From Planctomycetota bacterium (GTDB lineage: Bacteria; Planctomycetota; UBA8108; SXIK01): a stretch of DNA of 64,000 nucleotides. A model generated the notes under the pieces. It did not search any database. It was not told the origin of the DNA and was given only the letters and a program-made list of their open reading frames with translations. This document shows positions 31,201 to 40,556 of this stretch, one piece after another. Both the position numbers and the translations under genes were made by a program. Where the stretch lies: assembly GCA_965223265.1 (NCBI GenBank), contig OZ244999.1, positions 5,888,001 through 5,952,000 of the forward strand, given 5' to 3'. Each line of letters opens with the position of its first letter. Position 1 is the stretch's first letter.

Positions 31201-33603
31201 CTGGCGAGTGCCCGCTCCCTCTTCGCCCCGCACGCCGGCGAGCTCGTCCGTCTCGAGCTCGGTTCAACCGACTTCTCCCTCGAACCTGCGAGCCTCGAGG
31301 AGGCCGCAAGCTTCTGGGAACGCCGCCGCCCGTCGCTCCCACCACTCCCAGCCGTAGACGCACGCTACGGCGAGCTCGACGCACTGGAGACGATCGTAGC
31401 CGCCGGCGAGCGAGACGGCGTCCCGCTCGAGACACGCGTCGGCGGCAAAGCCGCAAGCTTCGCGCGCCTGCAAGAGACACTCGTGGGCGACTCTGCGTTA
31501 TACCGCGAAGCAGGGTTCGCCATTCCGCTCCGCTACTACCTGGAGTTCATGCGCGACAACTCCGTGGTTCTCGGCGGCGTTCGCCTCAGCTTTCAGCAAA
31601 TCCTCGACACGCTGCTGAACTCACGAGAGCTCGCTGCGGATGCCGCGCAGCGATCGGCTGCCCTGGAATCGTTTCGAGATCTCGTTCGCGCCGAGGGAGT
31701 GGTTGATCCGGCACTGGTCGCCCGCGCCGCGGCAAAGATCGAGGCCGTCTTCGGCTCTACAGCGCGCATGGTCCGCTTCCGTTCGTCGTCGAACGTCGAG
31801 GACCTGCTCGAGTTCAACGGTGCCGGTCTCTATGAGTCGACGTCAGCCTGCGCCGCCGACACACTCGACGGTGTGGTGCGTCCGGGTTCCTTTTGCGACC
31901 TCGAACGCTCGAACGAACGGACGATCGAGCGCGCACTCAAAAAGGTTTGGGCCAGCCTGTGGACGACGCGAGCCCATGAGGAGCGTACCTTCTTCGGTAT
32001 CTCCCCCGATGCCGTCGCCATGGGTGTGCTCGTGACGCGCGCCTTCCTCGACGAGGAGGTGAACGGCGTCGCGTTCACGGGCGATCCGCGCAACCACCTC
32101 GATCGGCGTTACGTCGTCACCGCACAGGTCGGCGAGCTCAGCGTCGTCAGCCCCGAGCCCGGGGTGCGCAGCGAGCGCAGCCTGCTCGAAATGCGAAACG
32201 GGGAAGTCGTTCGCATCATCCGTGATCGCAGCTCATCGGAGGTCGCAGCCGACGCCGTGGTGATGTCGGATGCGCATCTGCACAAACTCGGAGCTCTCAT
32301 GGCGCACGTCGACACGACAATGCCGATCAACGTCGGCAACCGCACCCGAGGATCGGTGCTTCTCGATTTCGAATTCAAGGTCGAGCGCGATGGGTCGCTC
32401 GCCGTCAAACAAGTACGCCCGTTCCTCGTAGCAAGCGAAGTAGGACCTTCACCATCCTTCACACTTCGCGTCGCTGACGACGTTTCCGCCTGTACGCTCT
32501 TCTCGAAGAATGACATCGGACGCCCACCTTCTGCGCTCCTCGCTACCAAGAGCCGCGTCCGACTCCGCGCCGGTGACATCGAACTGCCCAGCGCGATCGA
32601 CACCTTTTCGGGAGAACTTTTCGACGAGGTCGTCTTCGGCCCCGAACGCGAGCTCGCTGTTCCCGATGAACCGGGCCGCTTTCGCGTCGTCCGTCTCGCG
32701 GATGCTGGGGATCGCACGATCTATCGCTTCACGTTCGAGCAGACGTTTTCTCTCACCGACGGCAGGAGATTCACTCTCCACGTCCGCGACCTTCGATTTC
32801 GCGGCCGCGGCGGCGTGGCGATCGATGACGTGCTGCTGCTCGACGACGCCTACGTAGCTGACGGACTCACGATGTCCGCTGAGGTCGACGGTGAACGTGC
32901 GCCGACGTACGGCCCGTGCTCTCCCGACCATGACCCGCTTTGGCAAACGGAGATCGCCCTCGACGATGGAGCGAGCATCCGTCTGGTAGAGCGTTACGAC
33001 GCGGCCGTGAGCGCGTTCTCGACGGCGCCCGCCAGCTTGGTGGAGGCGAATCTCCGCAGTGGAAGTGCAGACGTCGTCGTCAAAGATTACTGGCGCCTGG
33101 TGTACACCGCGCGCCTCCACAACAGAAACGTCCGCTACTGGATCGTCCTGGAACCCGCTCTCGAACTTGACGGCATCAGGGAGCCCGTGCACGTGATCGA
33201 CGTGATCGCACCGGAGCCGCTGACCAACTCTGGACCAGAAGTCCACTACTTGGGCGACGACTTCAAGCCGCTCGCCTCGGTCCCCGTGCGCATCTATCGG
33301 CGCACGGAAATCAATCAAGGCACGGAGTTTGAGCGCGGCGACGTCAACGGCGACGGGCGTGTCAATCTTAGCGATGCGATCGCACTCTTGCTGCACCTCT
33401 TTCGCGGCGCGGCAGCGCCCGATTGCCGCAAGTCCGCCGACACGAACGACGACGCGCTCGTCGACCTCGCCGATGCGGTCACTCTCCTCCGGCACCTCTT
33501 CGGCGGCCAGGCCGCCGTGGCGGCGCCGGTGGGTAGCTGCGGGACGGACCCGACGGCGGACACGCTCGGCTGCGCGTCAGCGCCGACTTGTGGAATGCCG
33601 TAG
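28213..33603 (+). CDS. Secreted FG-GAP/VCBS repeat protein fused to a PEP/pyruvate-binding (PPDK_N) domain and a dockerin-like tail
   Basis: Signal peptide, DCNGN repeats, many D(F/L/V)DGDGxxD repeats, GGKAA, RFRSSSNVED..FNGAGLYES, KKVWASLW, DFEFK..VKQVRP, RGDVNGDGRVNLSDAI. Confidence 0.88.
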   Translation: MLRLPEFPAVLSVFALSVTTAYTVHAADCNGNLIDDADELAAATSEDCNRNGLPDECETPLPAFTIDRENLFQSRILQLFSADFDGDGIVDLAAGRLDQFTLRLRAPEGGPREVETHPHFHRSFRIQAWAIGDVDGDGDKDALGLTPLGLWLLRNRLDGTFDPIVEIDGTNGGTHLTLGDANADGLDDVFVVNGRTQIVRILLVRPDGSLDAQREMATGDGPTRPIVGDVNGDGTIDLLVPNLASRDVSVFLGAGDGTFSTQAPLTIGHRLTMIIAADFNGDGRDDVAVAHARFARVYFSLAAGGFSAARDLVASNSTGAWIAPVDLDNDGDVDIVGSFTSPQGALIYLNRGGGAFNAAQRIPRSTLSGPLTVGDFDGDDRDDVAVVGSLKRSTVETSWNDGSQTNGDSFLFKERRTLSVNGMPHTIAAGDVDGDGDIDLATGNGGDGRVFTLVNNGAGEFRLEPHALFPARFVLLEDLDHDDDLDLVALSAARTPAGSNMRIYVNDGKGAFTQNGPGFYVGCTDNAMAADLDGDGFVDLIAGFNHLVGSGDATFSAQDTFESCRSVTIAFDADSDSDNDVAVLNRHNRITVGLNDGDAVFESTAFDVEGVDLAAADLDRDGFPDLVTDRSILWNRGNGEFEQPVPLDESMDFTAFSLLTADLDLDGFPDVVVTSQAGEAAYVLINRGDRSFAEATAFFTGSGPRFSVVADIDGDGAPDLITANRVGESLTIHHGIATHVQPTDDYVERLCLEHDFRRLSAPTSTAASSPRATKYIIPARDDSELLPSLFQNVNRFQLHEEFLRRAFPDRFPTLFRDEFERLVGRRATRDYYVGVLQERPEDPERPEFSFTAFADIGFDPRETLTRGEVTAVYERLRLAFTLGELVYRPDSDPARREAENWGATPFAIDFTGDGDSAAAYEPYTTGVSYGHVHVLTLEEFDSRSRGGSFTFRDIVVVDAAPRDIDSVVAALVTAAPQNLLSHTAVRMANRGTPNAFLASARSLFAPHAGELVRLELGSTDFSLEPASLEEAASFWERRRPSLPPLPAVDARYGELDALETIVAAGERDGVPLETRVGGKAASFARLQETLVGDSALYREAGFAIPLRYYLEFMRDNSVVLGGVRLSFQQILDTLLNSRELAADAAQRSAALESFRDLVRAEGVVDPALVARAAAKIEAVFGSTARMVRFRSSSNVEDLLEFNGAGLYESTSACAADTLDGVVRPGSFCDLERSNERTIERALKKVWASLWTTRAHEERTFFGISPDAVAMGVLVTRAFLDEEVNGVAFTGDPRNHLDRRYVVTAQVGELSVVSPEPGVRSERSLLEMRNGEVVRIIRDRSSSEVAADAVVMSDAHLHKLGALMAHVDTTMPINVGNRTRGSVLLDFEFKVERDGSLAVKQVRPFLVASEVGPSPSFTLRVADDVSACTLFSKNDIGRPPSALLATKSRVRLRAGDIELPSAIDTFSGELFDEVVFGPERELAVPDEPGRFRVVRLADAGDRTIYRFTFEQTFSLTDGRRFTLHVRDLRFRGRGGVAIDDVLLLDDAYVADGLTMSAEVDGERAPTYGPCSPDHDPLWQTEIALDDGASIRLVERYDAAVSAFSTAPASLVEANLRSGSADVVVKDYWRLVYTARLHNRNVRYWIVLEPALELDGIREPVHVIDVIAPEPLTNSGPEVHYLGDDFKPLASVPVRIYRRTEINQGTEFERGDVNGDGRVNLSDAIALLLHLFRGAAAPDCRKSADTNDDALVDLADAVTLLRHLFGGQAAVAAPVGSCGTDPTADTLGCASAPTCGMP

Positions 33604-33730
33604 CGCCGTACCTGTTGAACAGGCGAGGGCTGCTGACCATTCGCGGCTGCCGCACCGTTGGCGCTCGTCCGCTGCTGAGGTCACCGGTCACACGTTTGAA
33701 TTCCTAACGGTCTCCGGTAGCATTATTTCG

Positions 33731-33991
33731 ATGAATTCGCTTTCAAGAGACACCCACCCTGAAGCCGAAGCCGTCCAGATTCGGATCTGGCGATCGTGGA
33801 CGCCACAAGAGCGGCTGCAGGCTGGGTGTCAACTGACCGAGTTTCTCCGGCGTCGCGTTCGCCAGGCCATTCGAGAACAGCATCCGAACCTTTCAGACGA
33901 CGAAGTCCGCATCCACTTTCTCCGCCGCGCCTACGGCGATGACCTTGCCGCTCGGGTCGCACAGCATCTCGGCATCTCGATCGATGCTTGA
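33731..33991 (+). CDS. Small helical protein, putative antitoxin (MenA1-like)
   Basis: 86 aa, DTHPEAEAVQ..W...TPQERL..IREQHPNLSDDE; overlaps the downstream NTase by 8 nt. Confidence 0.6.
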   Translation: MNSLSRDTHPEAEAVQIRIWRSWTPQERLQAGCQLTEFLRRRVRQAIREQHPNLSDDEVRIHFLRRAYGDDLAARVAQHLGISIDA

Positions 33992-34571
33992 CCCCACCAC
34001 GCGCGACGTCCTGGAACCGGTGATCCGTCTCCTCGACACCTGTGGCATCGACTATTACATCGGCGGATCCCTGGCCAGCATGGCGTACGGTGAACCGAGG
34101 ACCACCATGGATGTGGACCTCGTTGCAGCTCTCAAGGAGTCGGATGCCGCGACAATCCACTCGGAGCTGCGCGAAGATTTCTACATCGACGTTGGACAGA
34201 TTCGAGACGCGATACAACGCAGATCGTGCTTCAATTTGGTCTCTCTCTCGACATCGTTCAAGGTGGACATCTTCGTACGGCAAGAACGCCCCTACAGTTT
34301 GAATGAATTCACCCGCCGAGTGCGCATCAAGGTCGGAGCCGACCCAGATCTGTTCGGTTGGTTCGCTTCGGCGGAGAACATCCTACTCAACAAACTGGAG
34401 TGGTATCGCTTGGGCGGCGAAACGTCCGACCGACAATGGCGCGATGTCGTCGGGATCCTGAAGGTGCAGCTGGACTCGCTCGAGCAGGCCTACCTTTCTG
34501 AGTGGGCTCGAGAACTCGGCGTCGCGGATCTTCTCGAACGAGCCAAGACGGACGCCGGGCTCATCTCCTGA
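33984..34571 (+). CDS. Nucleotidyltransferase, putative toxin (MenT1-like)
   Basis: GGSLAS..GEPRTTMDVDL Pol-beta NTase motif; LLNKL..R..D. Confidence 0.75.
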   Translation: MLDPTTRDVLEPVIRLLDTCGIDYYIGGSLASMAYGEPRTTMDVDLVAALKESDAATIHSELREDFYIDVGQIRDAIQRRSCFNLVSLSTSFKVDIFVRQERPYSLNEFTRRVRIKVGADPDLFGWFASAENILLNKLEWYRLGGETSDRQWRDVVGILKVQLDSLEQAYLSEWARELGVADLLERAKTDAGLIS

Positions 34572-34670
34572 TGCACTGGCTGTGCGATGGGAAGAAACGT
34601 TTGAACAATGCGCCGGGCTCTCGTCGACGGGGGAGGGAGAACGTCGACAACTGCCCGAGACGATTCGAGC

Positions 34671-37013
34671 TCAGCCGCGGATCAACCATGCCTCCGCGAG
34701 CCGCGACTTGACGCGCCAGTTCAGGTGGCTCTCGTCGAGCTCGTCGAACGTGATTTCGACGACACCATCTTCGCTGAGCATCTGCGGCACAACGAACTCT
34801 TTGATCGCGCCCTCCTCCTTGCCGTAACGCGTCGGCGTGAGGGGCACGCCGTCGGCGCGCGGTTTGGCCTCGCCGAAGCCGGTGAGGCGAAAGGTGTACG
34901 TCGCACCCGGATCGAGTTCCTGGTAGAGCAGCTTGTGAGGCCGCCTCAGAGTCACGAGCCACGCTTGCCGAAGGCGACTGAAGCCGCCGGCGCGTGACCA
35001 AAACGTTGGGTTCGGTCGACGCTGGACGATGGGATGGGCGTTGGGCGCTTCGGGAAAGACAACGCGCGGCGAGCGGCCGACGTGACCGAGATCGTCGTAG
35101 AAGCTCCCTTCTCCCGGGTCCTCCCACGTCGCCAGCTCGCGCAGACGCCGTGCGCGCGCATCGTCCTCGGGCAGAGACGCGATCTTGTCGAGCTCATCCT
35201 CAAGCCACCAGCGATCACTCAAGGGAACGTCGAGATAGTCGAGCACGGCGCCGCGATGTCCCGTCGCCGCGCCGTACTTCTTGACGCTCGATTGGAAACC
35301 GATCGACTTCCAGAGATCCTCGCCGAGCTGGACGATGCGAGCGCGCAGCGACGCCATCTCGTCTGAAGGCTCGTCCGCTCGCTTCAGGATCGAGCGTGCG
35401 GACTCGACCGCCTTGTCGATGGATCCGCGCGCGAGATGTGCAAGAATCGCCTCGTTCGCCTCGGCTTCGAGTGCATTGTCACGGAGAAGACGAAGCCGCG
35501 TGAACTCGTCAAGGTTGGCACGGAGAACAAGCAGCTGCCAGCGCCAACTCTCACCTCGGTTGACGTTACCCGTGACGCCGGAACGCGTGAAGAGATCATT
35601 CCAGCGCCGCGCCACGGTCGACACCCCGCCGTTCAACTCAAGCGGTCCGTCCCAGTTGCGCTCGAGCGCGAGAAGCAGATCGCCGAGCTCCGTGGCGTCT
35701 GCGGCACTGAGAAAGAGCCGCGCGTAGTCGGCCAAGACCGTACGCAGGCTCTGCTCCGGATCCCATGCGAGCTGGCTCCAAACGCTCTTGTTGACGTCGT
35801 CGTGAACACCATCGGAGTAGGCGAGAAAGCCAACGGAATAACGTGCAAATGCATTGTGAATGAACTGCTGAAACCGTGGCCTCACGGTCACCGGCTCGCG
35901 TGTGTGCGTCCGTGCGTAGGCAGGATCCCAATAGGAGACGGGATACTGACAGCGGACGACGTGATTGATGTCGGGGTAGAGTCGCAGACCGTAGTGCTTC
36001 GCCAAACGCGCGCGTGTCTCGGGTATCGGCGGACTGCTTGGCCCAGCGACGAGCCCACCGAGCCAGTCGCGCGGATCGTGCTTCTTCAGCCAGTCGAAAA
36101 CGTAATCGACTTCCTCGGAACCGAAACCCTGCATCGAGAGCCAAATCATAGCGCGCGGATGCGACGCTTTGAGCACCTTTGCGACGTCGGCGAGGTAAGG
36201 CATAACGTCGCGCGGATGGTTGTCGCCCGGATCACCGCCAGGAAAAAATATGTGACTGACGAGCGGACAGGAACGATAGAGCGCCTCGTGCTCAGCGAGC
36301 CCCGCGGCGCGCTTCTCTTTGTCGGTTAAGTCGAACGTCGCTGGAATCCACATCCAAAAATCGAGTCCATACTGCGCACAGATCTCACTCAAGCGTACGT
36401 TCATGGCCTGGCGCGACATGACCATGTGATCGCTCGCGCGGCCGCCTTCGTTCGGAATGTTCTCAATGGCGTTGGCGCCAAAGAGCGCGAGCTCGCGGAT
36501 GTACTGCTCGTACTGCGCGCCGTCCCACTTGTCGTAGCTGTTGGCGCGGTGCCGATAGCCGAGTTGGTGCCCGCGGATCGCGGACTTCGGCGCCGTCTCG
36601 GTCTGTGCCGAGAGTGGCACGTCAAGGCGGCCGCTGCGCCAGTAGCTGCGCCTGAGCAGATGACCAACACCGAACAGGGCACCCCGCGGACTACGCCCAA
36701 CGATCCGAATCGAGGAGTTCGCCGGCGCAACTGAAAGGCGAAAGCCTTCGGATCCCATACCATCCTCGCGCGGCTCAACCCCGATCTCGACCCTCGCGCC
36801 TTTGGCTGGGGACTCCCGCATCACCCGCCAGGTAAGTCCGGTGCGTTTCGCAACCTCTTCAGAAAGAACCCGGGCGGCGTTAGCGGCGACGGGATCGTTC
36901 GATTGCAGCACGATGACGGCGTCGGCCAAAGAAATCGAGTTTTCACTCGCGGCGGACGAGTTAGCAACGAACAAACAGAGACAAAGGAACGAGGAATTGA
37001 GATACGAATTCAT
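34671..37013 (-). CDS. Secreted protein with GH20/GH67-like N-terminal domain
   Basis: Signal peptide; EGFRL..IVG...RGALFGVGHLLR; IRGHQLGYR catalytic-barrel-like region. Confidence 0.65.
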   Translation of the reverse strand: MNSYLNSSFLCLCLFVANSSAASENSISLADAVIVLQSNDPVAANAARVLSEEVAKRTGLTWRVMRESPAKGARVEIGVEPREDGMGSEGFRLSVAPANSSIRIVGRSPRGALFGVGHLLRRSYWRSGRLDVPLSAQTETAPKSAIRGHQLGYRHRANSYDKWDGAQYEQYIRELALFGANAIENIPNEGGRASDHMVMSRQAMNVRLSEICAQYGLDFWMWIPATFDLTDKEKRAAGLAEHEALYRSCPLVSHIFFPGGDPGDNHPRDVMPYLADVAKVLKASHPRAMIWLSMQGFGSEEVDYVFDWLKKHDPRDWLGGLVAGPSSPPIPETRARLAKHYGLRLYPDINHVVRCQYPVSYWDPAYARTHTREPVTVRPRFQQFIHNAFARYSVGFLAYSDGVHDDVNKSVWSQLAWDPEQSLRTVLADYARLFLSAADATELGDLLLALERNWDGPLELNGGVSTVARRWNDLFTRSGVTGNVNRGESWRWQLLVLRANLDEFTRLRLLRDNALEAEANEAILAHLARGSIDKAVESARSILKRADEPSDEMASLRARIVQLGEDLWKSIGFQSSVKKYGAATGHRGAVLDYLDVPLSDRWWLEDELDKIASLPEDDARARRLRELATWEDPGEGSFYDDLGHVGRSPRVVFPEAPNAHPIVQRRPNPTFWSRAGGFSRLRQAWLVTLRRPHKLLYQELDPGATYTFRLTGFGEAKPRADGVPLTPTRYGKEEGAIKEFVVPQMLSEDGVVEITFDELDESHLNWRVKSRLAEAWLIRG

Positions 37014-37193
37014 GGCAATTCTGGATGTAGACGCGAAACTCTTGGCCAGTTGGTGCGACAAAGTAGACCAACAACAATTCAATTGTGCACGCTGCTCAAC
37101 TGCACTCAAGACTCATCCCAAAGTACTCTTCGCGCGTTCAGCCGACGTACGACGTACCGCGGAGAACGCCGCTAAAAAAGCCAATGCGGAGGA

Positions 37194-38003
37194 CTATGGC
37201 ACTTCGTCAAGCAGCTTGGGCGTTTCTCCGGAAAAGTCTATCCAGGGATTCTTGTTCAGCATGCTAGCTCCCATGACACTTGGTTCTTCATACCGCATAA
37301 CGAAGCTCTTCGGACCGTGAGCGTAGGCGACAACTAAGCCATACTCGCAATCCAAGAATCCGCCATGAGGGCCCAATCCGGGGTAGCTGAGACGCCAACC
37401 TGGACCCTCCAATCCCACATGACCCAGAGTCAACTTGCCGACGACATCATCCGGCAACAAGAAAAACCACGTCCATGGACCGCCTGAGACGATGGTCATG
37501 ACTTCGTCAATTCCAGTGCCGTCATCTGAGCTGTTGACGTGGAGCTTGCCGAACTTGACTTGCAGCTGAGCCTCTACCTGCGGGCTCAAAGCCTTCATGT
37601 CATAGACCTTTGGATACGGCGGCACGCCATCTTCAGACGTCGTCAAATACCCACCGCGGTGGGATTCCGGCTCTCGCCCCGCCTTGCGAATTTCGTCGAG
37701 TAACTGGCCTCGATGCAGAGAGAATAAGGACAGCAGCTCTGCGGTTTCTTCGGAGTTGAGAGCCCTTGCTTTTGATGTCATCAGAATCGGCTTCGACGAT
37801 TCCGGCAAGGGCACCCGACTGACGCGGACCCCGACATGGTGTAAGACTGCATTGACCTTGTCGACGCCGGTTGTGTCTGGTCTACCATCACTGTAGGAGA
37901 GCTTGAGCTGCACCTCCTTGTCGACACTCGCAGTCGTCAAGCACCCAGAGAGGTGCAGAAGTGGTAGAAGGAGCAACGAAACAGTTAGGACGTGTCGGTC
38001 CAT
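37194..38003 (-). CDS. Lipoprotein with cupin/acireductone-dioxygenase-like motif
   Basis: Lipobox LSG-C; FGKLHVN...DEVMTIVSGG; later GPHG. Confidence 0.5.
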   Translation of the reverse strand: MDRHVLTVSLLLLPLLHLSGCLTTASVDKEVQLKLSYSDGRPDTTGVDKVNAVLHHVGVRVSRVPLPESSKPILMTSKARALNSEETAELLSLFSLHRGQLLDEIRKAGREPESHRGGYLTTSEDGVPPYPKVYDMKALSPQVEAQLQVKFGKLHVNSSDDGTGIDEVMTIVSGGPWTWFFLLPDDVVGKLTLGHVGLEGPGWRLSYPGLGPHGGFLDCEYGLVVAYAHGPKSFVMRYEEPSVMGASMLNKNPWIDFSGETPKLLDEVP

Positions 38004-38227
38004 CGTTCTAAAACTCCCGGAGGGCCTATGGCTCGCGCTTGGCTGGCGGCGCCGGTGATGCAAGTCCGTCGAGCGCGTCGGACGAGGACAAGGAGAATGA
38101 AGCAACTTTTACGATTCGCTAAGATTCCATCATGCGCGCAGTTTACCAGAATCTATCGTAACAAGCCGCCGACCGTTCTCGGAGTCACCGCAGATGATGG
38201 GCTCCTTATTGACCAATCCAATCGTCC

Positions 38228-38848
38228 GTGAACCGCGACGATCGTAGGAGACCTCAAGAGGCTATGTCAGGCACCAAGAAATCACAACTCCAAGCATTGC
38301 TCGAAGTCGACAACTTTGACACCGATCGTCTGAGTCTTCGCTCAGCGAAGCCAGAAGACGCCTCCGTGGTGCGCCCCATCTACGTAGAGAACGGAGAGCT
38401 TTTTCGACGCATCGGCATCGCGGCAACCCCCGACAGCATGGCACGCGACGTGGTACAAAACGAGACACTCCCGCCCGGAGGTGCTCGGGAGAGGGCTCGG
38501 TCGTTTGTCATCGACGAAAGGGAGCGCCCGGAGGCCGTTGGCGTGCTCGGGTTCTACGTCGGCTATCCGACGGCATCGACTCTCTACATTGGCGCTCTCT
38601 TCCTGCGGCCAGCGTGGCATCGACGAGGGCTCGGTCGAGAAGTCATCGAGGAGATGGAGCGGCGGGCGCGCGAGAGCTCGGTCACCGACATCCGTCTTGC
38701 CATCGACTCGGGTAACTGGAGCGCTTTCCGGTTCTGGGTACGACTCGGCTATGACCGAATCTCCAAGATCGTCGACGTGAGTGAAAGCGCGGCTGACCCG
38801 CCCCGAATCGAGCTCAAAAAGCCCTTGTCGAGCCGAATGGATGCATAG
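38228..38848 (+). CDS. GNAT acetyltransferase
   Basis: LFLRPAWHRRGLGRE acetyl-CoA loop, N.SAFRFW.RLGY; start may be 38264. Confidence 0.85.
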   Translation: MNRDDRRRPQEAMSGTKKSQLQALLEVDNFDTDRLSLRSAKPEDASVVRPIYVENGELFRRIGIAATPDSMARDVVQNETLPPGGARERARSFVIDERERPEAVGVLGFYVGYPTASTLYIGALFLRPAWHRRGLGREVIEEMERRARESSVTDIRLAIDSGNWSAFRFWVRLGYDRISKIVDVSESAADPPRIELKKPLSSRMDA

Positions 38849-38878
38849 CATCGCCGTCGAATCGATACCCCCTGCCGT

Positions 38879-39631
38879 TCACTTGCTCTTCGTGCCCACA
38901 ATCAGTGGCTGAAAAAAAAGATCGTCCAGTCGCCGAACGTCTCGATACCCCGCGTCGCGCGCGAGCTCAATGAGCCGGTCCGTTGAGATCGCATAATACT
39001 TCGTTCGCATGACGCGCGTCTTGCACTCCTCGCCGTCGTCCTCAACGAGGTACATGTGGACGTCGTAGATGCAGCCAGAGACGTCCCACACTTGGAAGAC
39101 CAAGTAACGCCTACCGTTTTCGACGCGCAGCCCGTAGGGAATCACTTGGTTTTCGCTCAGATTCATGGACGCATAGTCGCGCACGGAAACGACGAGCCCG
39201 CCCTCGGCGCGAGTGCAGTGGTAGAGCTCCGTGAGCGCCTGAAAGATCTCGTCGTCACTCAGGAGGTGAGGCAAGGAGTTATCGCACGAAATCGCCACGT
39301 CGAACTCGCGCCCATAAAAACGGGAGAGGTCGCGAACGTCCGCGACGGAAAGGTCGATGCGGACGCCTCGCGCGGCAGCTTCACGCTCGGCGCGAGCGAC
39401 AGCGCCCGCCGAGATATCTGTCGCGGTCACCTCGTATCCAATCTGGCTCAGACCGAGCGCCTGCGTACCGATTCCACAGGTCGCGTCAAAAACGCGCTTG
39501 GCTCTCTGTCCCCAGAACTCGCGAACGACCGAGTTCAATTGGCCTGCTTGGCGAGCGATGCTCTGATCCCAGTCTGGGTAAACGAGGTGAAAGTACGGTG
39601 TTAAGGTGTTGTAGAAATCGTCGACAGACAT
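38879..39631 (-). CDS. Class I SAM-dependent methyltransferase
   Basis: VFDATCGIG, DIS, NSLPHL. Confidence 0.9.
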   Translation of the reverse strand: MSVDDFYNTLTPYFHLVYPDWDQSIARQAGQLNSVVREFWGQRAKRVFDATCGIGTQALGLSQIGYEVTATDISAGAVARAEREAAARGVRIDLSVADVRDLSRFYGREFDVAISCDNSLPHLLSDDEIFQALTELYHCTRAEGGLVVSVRDYASMNLSENQVIPYGLRVENGRRYLVFQVWDVSGCIYDVHMYLVEDDGEECKTRVMRTKYYAISTDRLIELARDAGYRDVRRLDDLFFQPLIVGTKSK

Positions 39632-39640
39632 GCGGTGTTT

Positions 39641-40537
39641 CTACCCCATCCTACGCTCACCCATCCAGCTCGAGCGTTGAGCGCACCAAAGGATCTTCGA
39701 ATACGCGCGCGAGCGTGCGTGCGATGTCGGGTGGATCCAGAAACGGCTGCTGACGCTGCAGCTCGGCGTGCCGCCGGTCGACGTGGACTTCGAGCTCACC
39801 GACGCGGCTCTGTGCCACTTCCCGCACTTGCTGGAGACGAAGTGTAGGTTCTCGGGATCGACGTACCCGGCCTCCATGAACGCCCGCGTCTTCTTGTGAC
39901 AGCGACACGGATTGGCCGCGTTGATCAGACCACACTTCTCGTTCATGAACTGATAGAGGTCTCGGCGGGACCGAGAGAGAAGCTGGCGAAAGTTAGCAGG
40001 AGAGGTCTCGAGAATCTCAGCACCAATCTGGTCCGTGGCACCGAGGAGCTCCCCGAGCACGAAGACGACGCGCTGGCGCCGGTCGAGGCAGAGAAGCATA
40101 CCGGCGAGGCAACCGATCTTCGCCTCTTCAACGAGTAGCGGCACATCGACCGGCACGCTCTTGGGATCTGGAAGGTCTCGATCGGGCGCGCAATCGAGAG
40201 CGTCGCCATACTGGACGAAGGTAAGGCTCTCTGGCTCGATCCGGCCTCGCTTCATGTTGAGCACGTGGTTGGTGACGATGCGGTAAAGCCAAGTGCGGAA
40301 TTGTGATTCGCGGCGAAACGAGTGCAGGCGCGTACAGACTTTGATCAAGACTTCTTGAGTCGCTTCTTCAGCGTCCTGAGGGTGCCACAACATGCGCTGG
40401 GCGATGCTGTAGATCCACCCCTGGTGACGCTTGACGAGTTCTTCAAGGGCTGACTTGCTGCCCTCGGCCGCACGCTGGGCGAGTTCTTCGTCAGAAGTGT
40501 CGGATGTGCTCTGGTCGCTGAACGGGTTGTGCATCAT
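39641..40537 (-). CDS. ECF sigma factor with Cys-rich C-terminal extension; probable frameshift near 39835
   Basis: DAEEATQE, FRTWLYRI, CGLINAANPCRC. The protein-like tail LQQVREVA..PFLDPPD lies in the alternative frame ending at 39657. Confidence 0.85.
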   Translation of the reverse strand: MMHNPFSDQSTSDTSDEELAQRAAEGSKSALEELVKRHQGWIYSIAQRMLWHPQDAEEATQEVLIKVCTRLHSFRRESQFRTWLYRIVTNHVLNMKRGRIEPESLTFVQYGDALDCAPDRDLPDPKSVPVDVPLLVEEAKIGCLAGMLLCLDRRQRVVFVLGELLGATDQIGAEILETSPANFRQLLSRSRRDLYQFMNEKCGLINAANPCRCHKKTRAFMEAGYVDPENLHFVSSKCGKWHRAASVSSKSTSTGGTPSCSVSSRFWIHPTSHARSRAYSKILWCAQRSSWMGERRMG

Positions 40538-40556
40538 AGGCTACCTCACGTCGAGT

